Assembly: GCA_964202905.1 (NCBI GenBank)
Contig: CAXNJO010000001.1
Location: 704,001 to 768,000 of the forward strand
Direction: 5' to 3'
Length of the DNA stretch: 64,000 nucleotides
Origin: Polyangiales bacterium
GTDB lineage: Bacteria; Myxococcota_A; Polyangia; Polyangiales; JADJQN01
Shown here: positions 42,772 through 53,102 of the stretch, one piece after another
Layout of the letters: every line of letters begins with the position of its first letter
How positions within the stretch are numbered: position 1 is the stretch's first letter
Notes under the pieces: generated by a model
The model's database searches: none
Told to the model about the DNA's origin: nothing
Seen by the model: the letters and a program-made list of their open reading frames with translations, nothing else
Translations under genes and position numbers: made by a program

Positions 42772-43569
42772 TCAGGCGCGATCCTTGGCGCGGCGGACGG
42801 CGGCCAAGACCTCGACCGCGTCGTCGCTCGCCGCACCGCGGGCCCGCGCGAACGCCACGATTTCGGGCGCCTGCGCGCGCAGAAACGGGTTCGTCGCGCG
42901 CTCCTCGTCCACGCGCCCGGGGACGGTGGGCAGGCCCGCGTCGCGTCGCGCGCGCACCGCGGCGAGCCGCGCCGTGACGTGGGGGTTGCCGGGCTCGACG
43001 TCCCGCGCGAAGGCGAGGTTCTTCGCGGTGTACTCGTGACCGACCCAGAGCCGCGTGTCGTCGGGCAGCGCGGCGAGGCGGGCGAGCGAGCCGGCGAGCT
43101 GCGCGGGCGTGCCCTCGAAGAGGCGGCCGCAGCCCCCGAGGAAGAGCGTGTCGCCCGTGAACGCGTGCCCGGCGCCGACGTACGCGACCGCGCCGAGCGT
43201 GTGCCCCGGCACCTCGAGCACGCGCAGCGTCGCCTCGCCCACCGAGAGCGTGTCGCCCTCGCGCACGCCGCGCGTCTGCCCCGGGATGCGCCCCGCGGCG
43301 AGGTCGTGCGCGCTGCCGACGACCTCGACGCCAGGGTACGCGGCGCAGAGCGCAGCGACGCCGCCCGTGTGGTCGACGTGGTGGTGCGTGCACCAGATCC
43401 CCGTGAGTCGCAGGCCCCGCGCGGCGAGGATCGCTTGCAGCGGGGCACCCTCGGACGGATCGATGACGGTCGCCTCGTTGCGTGCCGGATTCACCAGCAG
43501 ATACGCGTAGTTGTCGTGCAGCAACGGGATGGGCACGACCTCGATCGCGGCCTGCGGGTGGGTGTCCAT
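42772..43569 (-). CDS. gloB: Hydroxyacylglutathione hydrolase (glyoxalase II)
   Basis: DNYAYLL, THHHVDHTGG, PGHT, FTGDTLFLGGCGRLFEG, GHEYT, ERATNPFLR. Confidence 0.95.
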   Translation of the reverse strand: MDTHPQAAIEVVPIPLLHDNYAYLLVNPARNEATVIDPSEGAPLQAILAARGLRLTGIWCTHHHVDHTGGVAALCAAYPGVEVVGSAHDLAAGRIPGQTRGVREGDTLSVGEATLRVLEVPGHTLGAVAYVGAGHAFTGDTLFLGGCGRLFEGTPAQLAGSLARLAALPDDTRLWVGHEYTAKNLAFARDVEPGNPHVTARLAAVRARRDAGLPTVPGRVDEERATNPFLRAQAPEIVAFARARGAASDDAVEVLAAVRRAKDRA

Positions 43570-43624
43570 CGGGCGACGATACGCGCTCCCGCGCGCGCCG
43601 CGAACCGCGATACCGTCTCGCCCC

Positions 43625-44104
43625 GTGAGCGCCTCTCCGCACGACGGCTTCCAGCAGCGCAAGCGCGCGCTCGTGCTGCTCACCGTCGTCGCGACGCCGC
43701 TCGCGCTCGGCATGGAGACGCTCGTGCGCACGCAGGTGTTCCCGCTGTTCCTGGGCGGCGACTTCGACGAGGTGCGTGCGCTCCTCGGGCCGCCGCTCAC
43801 GCCCGTCGCGTGGGCGCTCTGCGGCGTCGCGCTCGTCGCGAACGTCGCTGGCTACGTGCTCCACGCGCGGCTCGTGCAGCGCGCCGTCGCGAAGCTCCCG
43901 CCCGCGCGCCGTGACGCGCCCGCCGAGCGCGAGCGTGCGGCCCTCGGCGCGTTCCTGCTCGCGGCGAGCGTGCCGCAGGTGCCGTGCATCCTCTCGACGC
44001 TCGCCTTCACCTTCGGTGCGTCGCTCGCGCCGGTGCTCGTGGGTGTCGCGCTCGGCTCGCTCGGCGTGGTGGCGCAGGCGCTCCGCACGCGCAGCCCGGC
44101 GTGA
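43625..44104 (+). CDS. Small membrane protein
   Basis: About 4 hydrophobic segments; divergent from gloB. Confidence 0.65.
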   Translation: MSASPHDGFQQRKRALVLLTVVATPLALGMETLVRTQVFPLFLGGDFDEVRALLGPPLTPVAWALCGVALVANVAGYVLHARLVQRAVAKLPPARRDAPAERERAALGAFLLAASVPQVPCILSTLAFTFGASLAPVLVGVALGSLGVVAQALRTRSPA

Positions 44105-44145
44105 AGGAGCCGCCGCTCGTGCGCGGCCGCGTGGCGGGGCGGCGC

Positions 44146-45384
44146 TCAGCCCTCGTCCGCCTCGCCGCCGTAGATGCCCTTCGCCATGAGCGAGGTCGCC
44201 GCGCGTGCGCGGGCCGCATAGATCTCGCGGCGCGCCTTCGCGATCCCCGCATCTCCCGGCGCTGCCTGCGCGGCCTGCTCCGCGAGATGACACGCGAGCG
44301 CGAACTCCCCACGTGCCGCGAGCTCCGTCGCGCGTGCGGAGAGCCGCGCCGCGCCGCCTGCCAGATCCGCAAGTTCGCGCGCGAGCGCGCTGCGCGGGGC
44401 GGGCTCGAGCGACGACGGGTCGCCATCCCACCAGCCGCCATAGGTGCGCCAGAGATTGCGCACGATGAACTCCGGCTGATCGTAGACGGGGCGCAGCCAG
44501 GGCCGCTCCATGAGGCGCGCCGGCGCCTTCACCGCGTGAATCACATCCACCAATCGCGCGCCCGCATTCATGAGAGAGAGCGTCTGATCGTGGAGTGACT
44601 CGAGCAATTCGGCCGTCGTCGAGAGCGCCTCCTGCACCGCGTCCTCGCCCCAGATCGGCACGCCGTGGCCGGGGCACAGCACCGCGGGACGCAGCGCCTC
44701 CATCGCGCGGAGCGCCTGCGCCCACTCGCGCGGATAGCGCTGCACCTTCTGCGGGTTGCCCGCGTTTGGCGAGCACCAGATGAAGAGATCGCCCGTGCAG
44801 AGCACGCGGCGCTCGGGGATGAACGCCCACGTCGCGTCGTCCGTCTCGCCGCGCGCGTGGTGGAGCTCTACGCGCAGCCCGCCGACCTCGAGTGTCAGAC
44901 CATCTTGGAAGGTCTCATCGGGGAAGCGGTACTCGCCCGGCCACTCGAGCTTCGTGCGGAACTGCCGCGCGTTGATGCACGCGTTGTAACCGCGCGAGCG
45001 CTGGTAGCGGCGGAAGCGCGCGGGCACGGCCTCGTGCGCGACGACGTGCGGGGCGCGCCAGCCGCGGGCGACGGATTCGGCCTCGAAGCGCTCGACGCCG
45101 AAGACGTGATCGACGTGTCCATGCGTGTAGACGACGTGCGAGACGCGCTGCGGCGAGAACTGCCGCACCGCGCCGTGCACCTGCGCCGAGAGCAGGAAGC
45201 TCCCGACGTCGACGAGCACGAGGCCGTCGTCCGTCGCGATGGCCGTCGCGTTGGCGAAGCTCGACACGAACGCGACGCGGTCGGCGACCTCCTCCCACGC
45301 GAGCAGCGGCGTGAAGGGCGAGGTCACGAGCGGGTCGATCTCGCCGGCCCAGTATTTCTCGAAGTGCGTGCGGATGAGCCCCAT
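44146..45384 (-). CDS. Alkyl/aryl-sulfatase-like metallo-beta-lactamase fold hydrolase with dimerisation domain
   Basis: YTHGHVDH, HARGETDD, TGDLF, PNAGNPQKVQRY, PGHG, YGGWWDGDP. Confidence 0.88.
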   Translation of the reverse strand: MGLIRTHFEKYWAGEIDPLVTSPFTPLLAWEEVADRVAFVSSFANATAIATDDGLVLVDVGSFLLSAQVHGAVRQFSPQRVSHVVYTHGHVDHVFGVERFEAESVARGWRAPHVVAHEAVPARFRRYQRSRGYNACINARQFRTKLEWPGEYRFPDETFQDGLTLEVGGLRVELHHARGETDDATWAFIPERRVLCTGDLFIWCSPNAGNPQKVQRYPREWAQALRAMEALRPAVLCPGHGVPIWGEDAVQEALSTTAELLESLHDQTLSLMNAGARLVDVIHAVKAPARLMERPWLRPVYDQPEFIVRNLWRTYGGWWDGDPSSLEPAPRSALARELADLAGGAARLSARATELAARGEFALACHLAEQAAQAAPGDAGIAKARREIYAARARAATSLMAKGIYGGEADEG

Positions 45385-45501
45385 GGCCCGCCACGATAGC
45401 GCGGGTCGAGGCGCGCGCGGGGCCGCGTCGAGGGGGGGCGCGGCGGCCGGGTCGGCGAACACCGCTTGTGCGACGCGCGCCGCTGCGCGAGCCTCGCGCG
45501 C

Positions 45502-46335
45502 ATGACGGGACGACACGCTTCGCGGTCGATGGGTCGGCGCGTTCTCACGGCGGTGGGCGCGCTCACGCTCGCGGGGTGCGGCGCCGCGTCGTCGCCGTCG
45601 CACGCCGCATCGACCGGTCGCGTGTCGCACGCCGCCGCGCCGGCCGAGGCGGACACGCCCGCGCGTGCGCTCGCGCGTCGCGTCGCCGAGGCGGCGGGGC
45701 TCGTGCGGCTCTCTGAGGTCGCGGCGCTGCGCTTCACGTTCGTCGTCGAGCGCGACGGGCAGCGCGCGTTCGTCGCCGCGCACGCGTGGGATCTGCGCGC
45801 GGGGCGCGACCGCGTGCGGTGGACGGAGGACGGGCGCGCGTGGGACGTCGTCGTGGATCTGCGCGCGCGCACCGCGATGGGCAGCGTCGACGGCGCGCCG
45901 ATCGCCGCCGCGGACACGGCCGCTGCTGCCGAGCAGGCCTACGCCCGCTGGGTGAACGACGCGTACTGGCTGGCCCTGCCGCTCAAGGTGCTCGACCCCG
46001 GCGTGCGCCTCTCGCTCGACGCGCCGCGCGTGCACGAGGGCCGCACGCACGAGGTGCTCGCGCTCGCGTTCAACGGCGTCGGGCTCACGCCGGGCGACCG
46101 CTACTGGCTGTTGGTCGACCCGGAGACGCACCGCATCGCGCGCTGGGAGATGGTGCTCGAGGGGCAAGCGGGGCCGGCGCGCGGGACGTCGTTCGCCGCG
46201 TACGAGGCGGTCGGTCCGCTCACGCTCGCGCTCGATCACGCGAGCGACGACGGCGCGCGCCACATCCGCTTCGAGGGCGTCGCGGCCCTCGCGCAGGTCG
46301 AGCCGGGCGACTTCGCCGTGCCCACCGCGCCCTGA
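45502..46335 (+). CDS. Hypothetical lipoprotein
   Basis: Lipobox LAGC; WVNDAYWLALPLK and GLTPGDRYW conserved-looking motifs. Confidence 0.75.
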   Translation: MTGRHASRSMGRRVLTAVGALTLAGCGAASSPSHAASTGRVSHAAAPAEADTPARALARRVAEAAGLVRLSEVAALRFTFVVERDGQRAFVAAHAWDLRAGRDRVRWTEDGRAWDVVVDLRARTAMGSVDGAPIAAADTAAAAEQAYARWVNDAYWLALPLKVLDPGVRLSLDAPRVHEGRTHEVLALAFNGVGLTPGDRYWLLVDPETHRIARWEMVLEGQAGPARGTSFAAYEAVGPLTLALDHASDDGARHIRFEGVAALAQVEPGDFAVPTAP

Positions 46336-46470
46336 CGGCGCGGCGCGCTGAACGACGGGTGGCGTCGAACGACGCGGCGCACCGATGCCGGCGCATGCGC
46401 GCGCTGGGGACGCCGCCCCGGCGCCGACGAGCGATGTACGGCGGGGGCGCGATCCTCTAGTGTCGGCGAC

Positions 46471-47397
46471 GTGTCCTTCCGCGACGACGACGAGGGGCTC
46501 CGCGCGCGTGTGAACGCGCTCGAGGTGCGGAACGCGGAGCTCGTGGTCGAGCGTGACGCGGCGCTCGCCGCGGAGGCGGCCGCACGCGAGGCGGCGCGCG
46601 CGCGCCGTGAGCCGCAGGAGACGCCGCGTGACGCGTCGTCGCCCGATGGGGCCCGGGAGCTCGAGCCGCGGCGCGCGAAGCGCTTGTCTCGGCGAGAGCG
46701 CAAGCAGCAGCGACGCGACGCCGCCGCACGCGCGGAGGAGGACGCGCAGCGCTCACCCCGCCCGGCGGCGTTCATCCGCTGGATGGACGCCTACGGCGGC
46801 GCGACCGTGATGGCGTGCTGTGCCGCCATGATGCTGCTCGTGGTCGCCGCCGGGTCGTTGTGGGTGCGTCGCACGAGCGTCCCGGTGCCGCTCACACCGG
46901 GCGCCTTCGCGCTGCCTTCGGCCTGCGGCTGCACGAGCCCCGGCGGCGTGCGCTACACGCTCGAGGCGGCGGTCGTGCGCACGCGCGTCCGCGACGATCT
47001 GCCGAGCCGCAAGCGCGAGTGGCAGCTCGACTGGTCGCTCTCCGGGCCGAGGGGCCGCATCCCGCTCGCGGGTCTCGGCGCGCCGCACGGTGCGCTCCTC
47101 GCGGGGGGCGACCTGCTGGCCGAGTCCGGGCACCTCTACGCGCTCGGTCTCGCGTGTCCCGCGGACGATCGCGTGCTCGTCGCGGGGTCGGATGCGGTGA
47201 CCGCGTGGTCCACGGAGGACGGCCACGCGCTGTGGTCCACCACGGTCATCGACGCGTTCGAGTCCGACGGCGGGTTCTTCACGGACCTCCGGATCCGCTG
47301 CTCGCCCGTCTCCGTCGAAGACGGAGAGGCGCGCTTCTCGCGCGAAGACGCCGCCGACGCGCGCGTCGACATCGACGACGGCGCGGTGCGCTTCTAG
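46471..47397 (+). CDS. Hypothetical membrane-anchored protein (coiled coil + TM + beta-rich domain)
   Basis: N-terminal coiled-coil-like segment, one TM, AWSTEDGHALWST PQQ-like motif. Confidence 0.6.
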   Translation: MSFRDDDEGLRARVNALEVRNAELVVERDAALAAEAAAREAARARREPQETPRDASSPDGARELEPRRAKRLSRRERKQQRRDAAARAEEDAQRSPRPAAFIRWMDAYGGATVMACCAAMMLLVVAAGSLWVRRTSVPVPLTPGAFALPSACGCTSPGGVRYTLEAAVVRTRVRDDLPSRKREWQLDWSLSGPRGRIPLAGLGAPHGALLAGGDLLAESGHLYALGLACPADDRVLVAGSDAVTAWSTEDGHALWSTTVIDAFESDGGFFTDLRIRCSPVSVEDGEARFSREDAADARVDIDDGAVRF

Positions 47398-48917
47398 CCC
47401 GGGCTCGCGACCGCCCGGGCCCGGCTCCGGCGGGGCGACGGCGTGATCACCTCGAAGGCGTCGCGGCGCGCGTAGAGCTCCACGCCGCGGGTGGGGCACC
47501 AGACCCGGCAGCCCTGCGCGGGGCGGATGCGGGTCGCGCCCGCGGGGACCGTGCCCGCGCGCACGTGCATCACCTCGCCGTGCCAGATGAGCTCCTCCTC
47601 GGAGCGCCACGGCTTCTCGTCCTCGTCGATGCGCGGCGACACGTGGAAGGCGAGGCTCTCGATCGTCGTCTCCATCACGGTCCGACCCTCCTTCGGGGCC
47701 TCGTAGCCGTGGTTCACGCGCACCACGTCGCCCGCGTAGAGGCGCGGGCCCGGCGGCTCGTGCCAGCGCTTGCGGCGCGGCGCGGGCGCGCGGCGCGCCT
47801 GCAACACCGCAAGGACCTTGCGACGTGGGCGGCGCAGACATCCGCGGCGCGCGTGACACTCGCGCAGATCGAGCAGGCGGAGCGTGGGGATCGTGGCGAG
47901 GGCCGAGAGGTCGAGATCGTCGTGCGCGTTCTGCAGGCGCAGCGTCTCGAGCGACGGGTGGGCGCCGAGCGGCGCGAGGTCCCGGAGCTGCGTGCAGCGC
48001 GAGAGATCCAGCGTGCGCAGCCCCTTCAGCCGGGAGAGCGGGCGGAGATCCCGGATGCCCTCGTGGCCCTCGAGGTCGAGGTGCGCGAGCTGCCGCAGCT
48101 CCCGGAGGAAGCGGAGGTCGGTGACGCCCGTGAAGGAGACGTCGAGCGCCCGCAGCCCGTGCAGCGCGCGGAGCGAGCCGTGCCAGAAGTCGCCCTCGTC
48201 GCACCAGCGCAGGCGGAGCGACTCGAGGTCCGGCAGCGCCTCGAGCACGTCGAGCCCGGAGAGATACGAGCAGTGGCTGAGGTCGAGCGCGCGCAGCTGC
48301 GGGAAGTCGCGGACGAAGGCCGGATATTGCAGGTGGTCGTCGCCGATGAGCGCGAGCTGCCAGAGCCCGGTGTGCTGCGCGAGCCCGTCGAGGGTGCCCA
48401 TCCGGTAGCTGGTGACCGGGTGGCCCGTCTCGGGATCGATGCGCTCGGTCACGATCCAGGGGCGCCTCACGCGGGCGCCGCGCACGACCCCGTCGATCGC
48501 GATCCACACGCCGAGCGCGTCCTCGGTGAGCGCGACGGCGCCGGGCGTCGCCCGGAAGGCCTGCATGGTCTGCCACGGGGATTCCGGCCCTTGATGGCGT
48601 TCGCGGCGCCGGATCATCGCGCTGCAGTGCGCGGGCACCGCGACGCGCGCGGCGTGCGGGTCGATCCCGTCGCCGAAGAGCGACGTCCAACCTTCGTCCG
48701 CGTCGGCGTCCGGCCACGGATCCCGCGCGGTCCACGCGATCACCTCGAGGCGGGTCTCGTGTCCGCCGCGCGTGTAGAGAAACGCGCGCGTCGCCTCGAG
48801 CGCACCGGGGTCGAGCGTCCAACACGGATTGGTGGGCGATTCCACGTCGGCGGGGGCGGACGGGCTCGGAGCCGCGCGCGCACCGCGCCTCGCGGGGGGG
48901 TTCAACGGATGGGTCAT
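47394..48917 (-). CDS. Leucine-rich repeat protein
   Basis: About 7 LxxLxLxxC/T repeats (LRALDLSHC, LRTLDLSRCTQL); GAGGAG RBS before ATG 48917. Confidence 0.8.
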   Translation of the reverse strand: MTHPLNPPARRGARAAPSPSAPADVESPTNPCWTLDPGALEATRAFLYTRGGHETRLEVIAWTARDPWPDADADEGWTSLFGDGIDPHAARVAVPAHCSAMIRRRERHQGPESPWQTMQAFRATPGAVALTEDALGVWIAIDGVVRGARVRRPWIVTERIDPETGHPVTSYRMGTLDGLAQHTGLWQLALIGDDHLQYPAFVRDFPQLRALDLSHCSYLSGLDVLEALPDLESLRLRWCDEGDFWHGSLRALHGLRALDVSFTGVTDLRFLRELRQLAHLDLEGHEGIRDLRPLSRLKGLRTLDLSRCTQLRDLAPLGAHPSLETLRLQNAHDDLDLSALATIPTLRLLDLRECHARRGCLRRPRRKVLAVLQARRAPAPRRKRWHEPPGPRLYAGDVVRVNHGYEAPKEGRTVMETTIESLAFHVSPRIDEDEKPWRSEEELIWHGEVMHVRAGTVPAGATRIRPAQGCRVWCPTRGVELYARRDAFEVITPSPRRSRARAVASPG

Positions 48918-49065
48918 CGGGGATACTCCTCGAGGTGCGCCGGGGACGAACGAGCAAGTGGCGCAGGCCTCAGACGTGCGCGACGCCGATCGATTCAACG
49001 GCCCTGCGCGCCTCGTGAACGTCACAAGGAGGTTGTCATGTCCGTCCGCGGCGCGTCCGCCACCG

Positions 49066-50721
49066 CTACCGCCGTCGCACGTGCACGCCGAAGATCGCGG
49101 CGCGGCGCTGCACCGTCGGGTCGAGCGGCGCCTGCTCGAGCGCGCGGATCGCGTGCTGCGCCGCCGCGCGGCGGTCGCCCGCGTTCAGGCAGCTGCCCGC
49201 GAGCTGGAACTCCCACTCGACGCGGTTGTGGAGCGTGAAGGTCTGGCCCTGCACCGCGAAGGCGAGCGCGGCCGCGAGCACGGCGGCGCCCGCGGCGCGA
49301 CGGCCGGGCGTGGCGACGGCGCGCAGCGCGGCGGTGAGGCCGTACCCGCCGAGCACGAACATCGGCAGGGCCATCGCGAGCCGGTAGCGGCTGCTCGGGT
49401 GGTAGAGCACGCACGTCACGAGGCAGCCGACGAAGAGGGGCGCATGGGCCCAGAGCGCACGCAGATCGGGCGCCATCGCGCCCGCCTCGCCGGGGGACGC
49501 CTCGCCCCGCGCCGCGGCCCGCGCGAGCGCCCAGACGCCTGCGAGCGCGAGGACGACGAACGCGCTCCACGCCCCGAAAAACAGGCGCAGGAAGGGCACC
49601 GCGTCGCGCTCGCCGACGAACCCGTACTGCCACGTCATCTCGCGATTCCCGAAGGTCTGCGCGATCTTACCCGGGGCCTGGGCGAGCACCCCGCGCACGT
49701 CGTAGCGCGCGAGCCGCTCGCGCAGGGAGGGCGCCTCCGCGGCCACGGCGTCGGGCGCGAGGGAGCGCTCGGCCTGACGCACCACGTCGAAGGGCGAGGC
49801 GAGCTCGCCGCCCTGCGAGAGCGCGCCGAGGTTCCCGTCGAAGCGCGCGGTGCTCGCGGTCTCGAGCGTGCGGGACACCGCGATGACGGGCACGAAATGC
49901 CCGCTGCCCGCGGCGTTCACGGCGCCGTTCGCGCCGAGCACGAGCGCGATCCCCGCGGCGACGAGCGCCGCGCGCCGCACGCCGACGAGGCGCGCCTCCC
50001 CACGCGCCCAGCGCGGCAGCGCGGCGAGCACCGCGAGCGGCAGCGCGAACACGAGGCTCGCGCGGGCGAGCACGGCGAGCGCGAGCAGCGCCCCGGCGGC
50101 GAGCGTCCGCGTGGGGCGCGCCGCGCGCACGCCCTCCGACGCGTAGGCCGCGAGCGAGAGCGCCGCCAGCAAGAGCCCGAGCGTCTCGCTGAGCAGCTTC
50201 GAGGCGTAGTACGGGAGCATCGCGTACGAGAGGGCGAGCCCCGCGGCGGCGAGCCCGGCCCGGGACCCGAAGCGCGCGCGCGCCGTCCGGTGGATCACCG
50301 CGGGGATCAGCGCGCTGAGCACCGCCTGCAGCACGAGCGGCGCGAGCGACGCCGCGCTCACGCCGAGCGCCGCGAGCGTGTAGCCGTAGAGCGGGCTGAA
50401 CGCGAGCAGCGCGGGCGTGCCGAGCCTGCCGGCGAGCACGTCGCGCGCCTGCTGCAGGTAGACGAGCGAGTCGCCGAGCGGCCCGTCGACGAAGGGCAGC
50501 GCCTGCGCGTACAGCGCGAGGTACGTCGCGTGGAGCGCGAGCGCGAGGCCCACGAGCGTGGCCTCCGGGTGTCGCGCGAAGAGGGAGGTCCGCGGGGTCG
50601 CTTCGGATGGGGCGGTGTCGGACTGTGTCGCGTCGGACTGCGTCGCGTCGGACTGCGTCGCGTCGGACTGCGTCGCGTCGGACTGCGTCGCGTCGGCGAC
50701 CGCGGGTCGCGCGTCGCTCAT
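49066..50721 (-). CDS. ArnT/PMT-like (GT-C) membrane glycosyltransferase
   Basis: GDSLVY, FSPLYGY, KLLSETL and RYRL motifs; multiple TM; short TPR-like tail; coupled to the upstream gene. Confidence 0.75.
   Translation of the reverse strand: MSDARPAVADATQSDATQSDATQSDATQSDATQSDTAPSEATPRTSLFARHPEATLVGLALALHATYLALYAQALPFVDGPLGDSLVYLQQARDVLAGRLGTPALLAFSPLYGYTLAALGVSAASLAPLVLQAVLSALIPAVIHRTARARFGSRAGLAAAGLALSYAMLPYYASKLLSETLGLLLAALSLAAYASEGVRAARPTRTLAAGALLALAVLARASLVFALPLAVLAALPRWARGEARLVGVRRAALVAAGIALVLGANGAVNAAGSGHFVPVIAVSRTLETASTARFDGNLGALSQGGELASPFDVVRQAERSLAPDAVAAEAPSLRERLARYDVRGVLAQAPGKIAQTFGNREMTWQYGFVGERDAVPFLRLFFGAWSAFVVLALAGVWALARAAARGEASPGEAGAMAPDLRALWAHAPLFVGCLVTCVLYHPSSRYRLAMALPMFVLGGYGLTAALRAVATPGRRAAGAAVLAAALAFAVQGQTFTLHNRVEWEFQLAGSCLNAGDRRAAAQHAIRALEQAPLDPTVQRRAAIFGVHVRRR
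50617..50691 (-). repeat. In-frame 15-bp tandem repeat x5 (DATQS)
   Basis: GTCGGACTGYGTCGC at 50617, 50632, 50647, 50662 and 50677. Confidence 0.9.
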
Positions 50722-52950
50722 GCGTCGCGTCGGGCGCGCGTCCTGCGTCGGGCGCCGCCGAGCACGCTGAGGGCGACGAGCAGTGTGGCCCACGCGTTCG
50801 CCGTGCCGTGCTCGCCGTGCGCTGCGCCGAGCGCGCACTGGCAGCCTGGCGACGAGAGGCCGCGCGCCGCGGCGGGGCTCGCGGCGTCGGGCGCGCCGAG
50901 GCCCGCGTCCGCCTCGAGTCCGCCGTCGGGCAGGCGCGGATCGTCGGGCGCGTCCGGGTCGTTGCCGGGCACGGTCGTCGGGGGCGGCGCGTCGGGGGTC
51001 GGGACCCACACACCGAGCAGGTCGGCGATCACGTGGGCGCGCCCGCTCGCGAAGACGCAGAGCGAGCCGCCGCCCGTCGCGCCGAAGGCCAGCGCGCTCG
51101 TCGCGCCCTCCGGATCGAAGTTCAGGCTCGAGGTGCCTGGGACGGCCTCGCCGCACGGGAAGACCGTGAGAAAGCCGCGCGCGCTCGCGTCCGTGACGGT
51201 GAGATTCACGACCGCAGCGCGCACGTCGGCGGGCATCCCGCTGGCGCGCGAGAGTGGGAGTTCGAGGATCTGCCGCTCCCCGACGCGCCCCGTGTAGAGG
51301 CTCGTCGGGGCGCGTGTGTCGAGCACGCGGACGGGCGCGAGAGCCTGATACGACAGCTCGCCTGCGGGCACGAGATAGCCATTCACATCGACGACGAGGC
51401 CGACTGCGTGGGTCGACGTGACACACATGCTCCCCGCGCCGAGCGCCGAGATGATGGTATTTGCCGTCGCGGTGCCCGCGCGGAAGTTGAGGTTGCTCGT
51501 CGGCGGCACGGGCGCGCCACAGGGCGCCACCGTCACGAACCCGGCCACCTCACCGCCGAGCACGGTGACCGACGCGACGACACCCTCCGCATCCGCGGGC
51601 GCGCGCACGTCCACCTCGAAGGGCACGCCCGGGGTGAGGGTCGTCGCCGTCGCGCGGGTGTCGAGCACGCGCGTCGGCCCGGCCGCGCGCAGACCGAGGC
51701 CCGCCGGAGCCCACGCGCCCGTCCAGTCGACGACGAGGTCGACGTCCGTGCTCGCGGCGAACGTCACCGCGCCGCCTGCGCCGAGCGTCGTCGCGGCCGC
51801 GTTCGCGCGGGCGTTTCCGGGCGTGAAGTGCACCGTCGCGGTGTCCGGCGCGGGGCCTTCCGCGTAGGCCTGCACGAAGCCCGCGGCCATACGCGGCACG
51901 GCGGTGACGTTCAGCCACACCGCGCTCGCGTCCGTCGGCAGCGCGGACCACGACGCGAACGTCCCGCGTCCGCGTCCCGCCGAGCGGCCCGCCCGTCGCG
52001 CCGTCCGAGCGCACGAGGCGCGCGCTGCCCTCGGGGGTGCGCGTGTCGAAGAGCCGCTCGGCGGGCACGAAGCGGAAGCGCGAGCGCCCGGCGACGGGCG
52101 TGACGCCGGGGAGCGTGGCGTCCGCGAGGCGCGTCGCCTCCGGCGGCTCGAGCGGTGTCGGCGGGCCGCAGCGTGGCGGCGAGGGCAGGCACACCTCGCC
52201 CGTCGCGGCGCAGTCGACGAAGGTGCAGTCCTCGCGCACCGCGGCCGTCCCGTAGCAGACGACGGGACACGTCATCGGCGGCGCACCCTCGGTGAAGAAG
52301 CGCGTGCGCTTCGCGGCGCCATCGACGCTCAGCTCGGTGTGAATGTGATTCACGTGGTGATCGGTGCGATAGGCGCCCGAGCTCGTGCGTGTGTCCGAAA
52401 TCTCGGTGAATCCGCGCTCGCCATTCCAGAACATCCCATCCCAGATCACGCGTTGAATGCCGATGTACTCGGCATTCTCGATGAGCCAGTGGGCGACCGC
52501 GTCTCCGCGGGTGTTGTCCGCGTCGCCATCGATGGTGGGAATCATCAGATCGATGGCGCGACCGATCGAATGTACGGACAGAGATCCCGTGCTGCTCGGG
52601 TTGCTGTTGCGCCGGCACGAATACGTGCCTCCGGCGCGCACGTACGGCCAGCGCGTGCGGATGTAGACGTCGAGTTCGGTGGTGCCGGGATGGGCGCGGA
52701 GGCAGGCGGGATGGGTGCACGTGCCCACCCACGGATCGGTCGAGGTGCAGCTCCCGAGCGGAAGCACCGTCGGCGGATCGACGACGTCGACGAACTGCGT
52801 CGCCGCGAGCTCGCGCGTGCTCGTGGGCGGGTTCCAGTCGCCCGGCACCCTCACGGCCTGTCGCTGATCGCCGACGGGCTCCTGCACGCAGCCCGCGAGC
52901 GCGAGGGCGAGGAGCCGCGATGCCGAGTGCGCGTGCGGGCGGGGGGTCAC
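50718..52950 (-). CDS. Surface protein: M15/DD-peptidase-like Zn domain + three RxLDTR beta-sandwich repeats + MYXO-CTERM (frameshift near 51965)
   Basis: Lipobox LAGC; SVHSIGRAIDL and HVNHIH; RLFDTR/RVLDTR...GFxTVxPCG...SxLNF repeats; GCQC...LLVALSVLGGARRR tail. Confidence 0.75.
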
Positions 52951-53102
52951 CCCGCCGAGGGTGCCTGAGGTCGCCGCGCCCGTCCACGCATCGGGCCGCT
53001 GCCCGGGGAAGGGGGCGCGCGCGGACCGGCGCCGTGAGCGTGCGTCGCGGGAGGCTTGTCACGCGTGTTTCGACCCTTGGTGGCGCCCGCGTAGGCGCAT
53101 CC

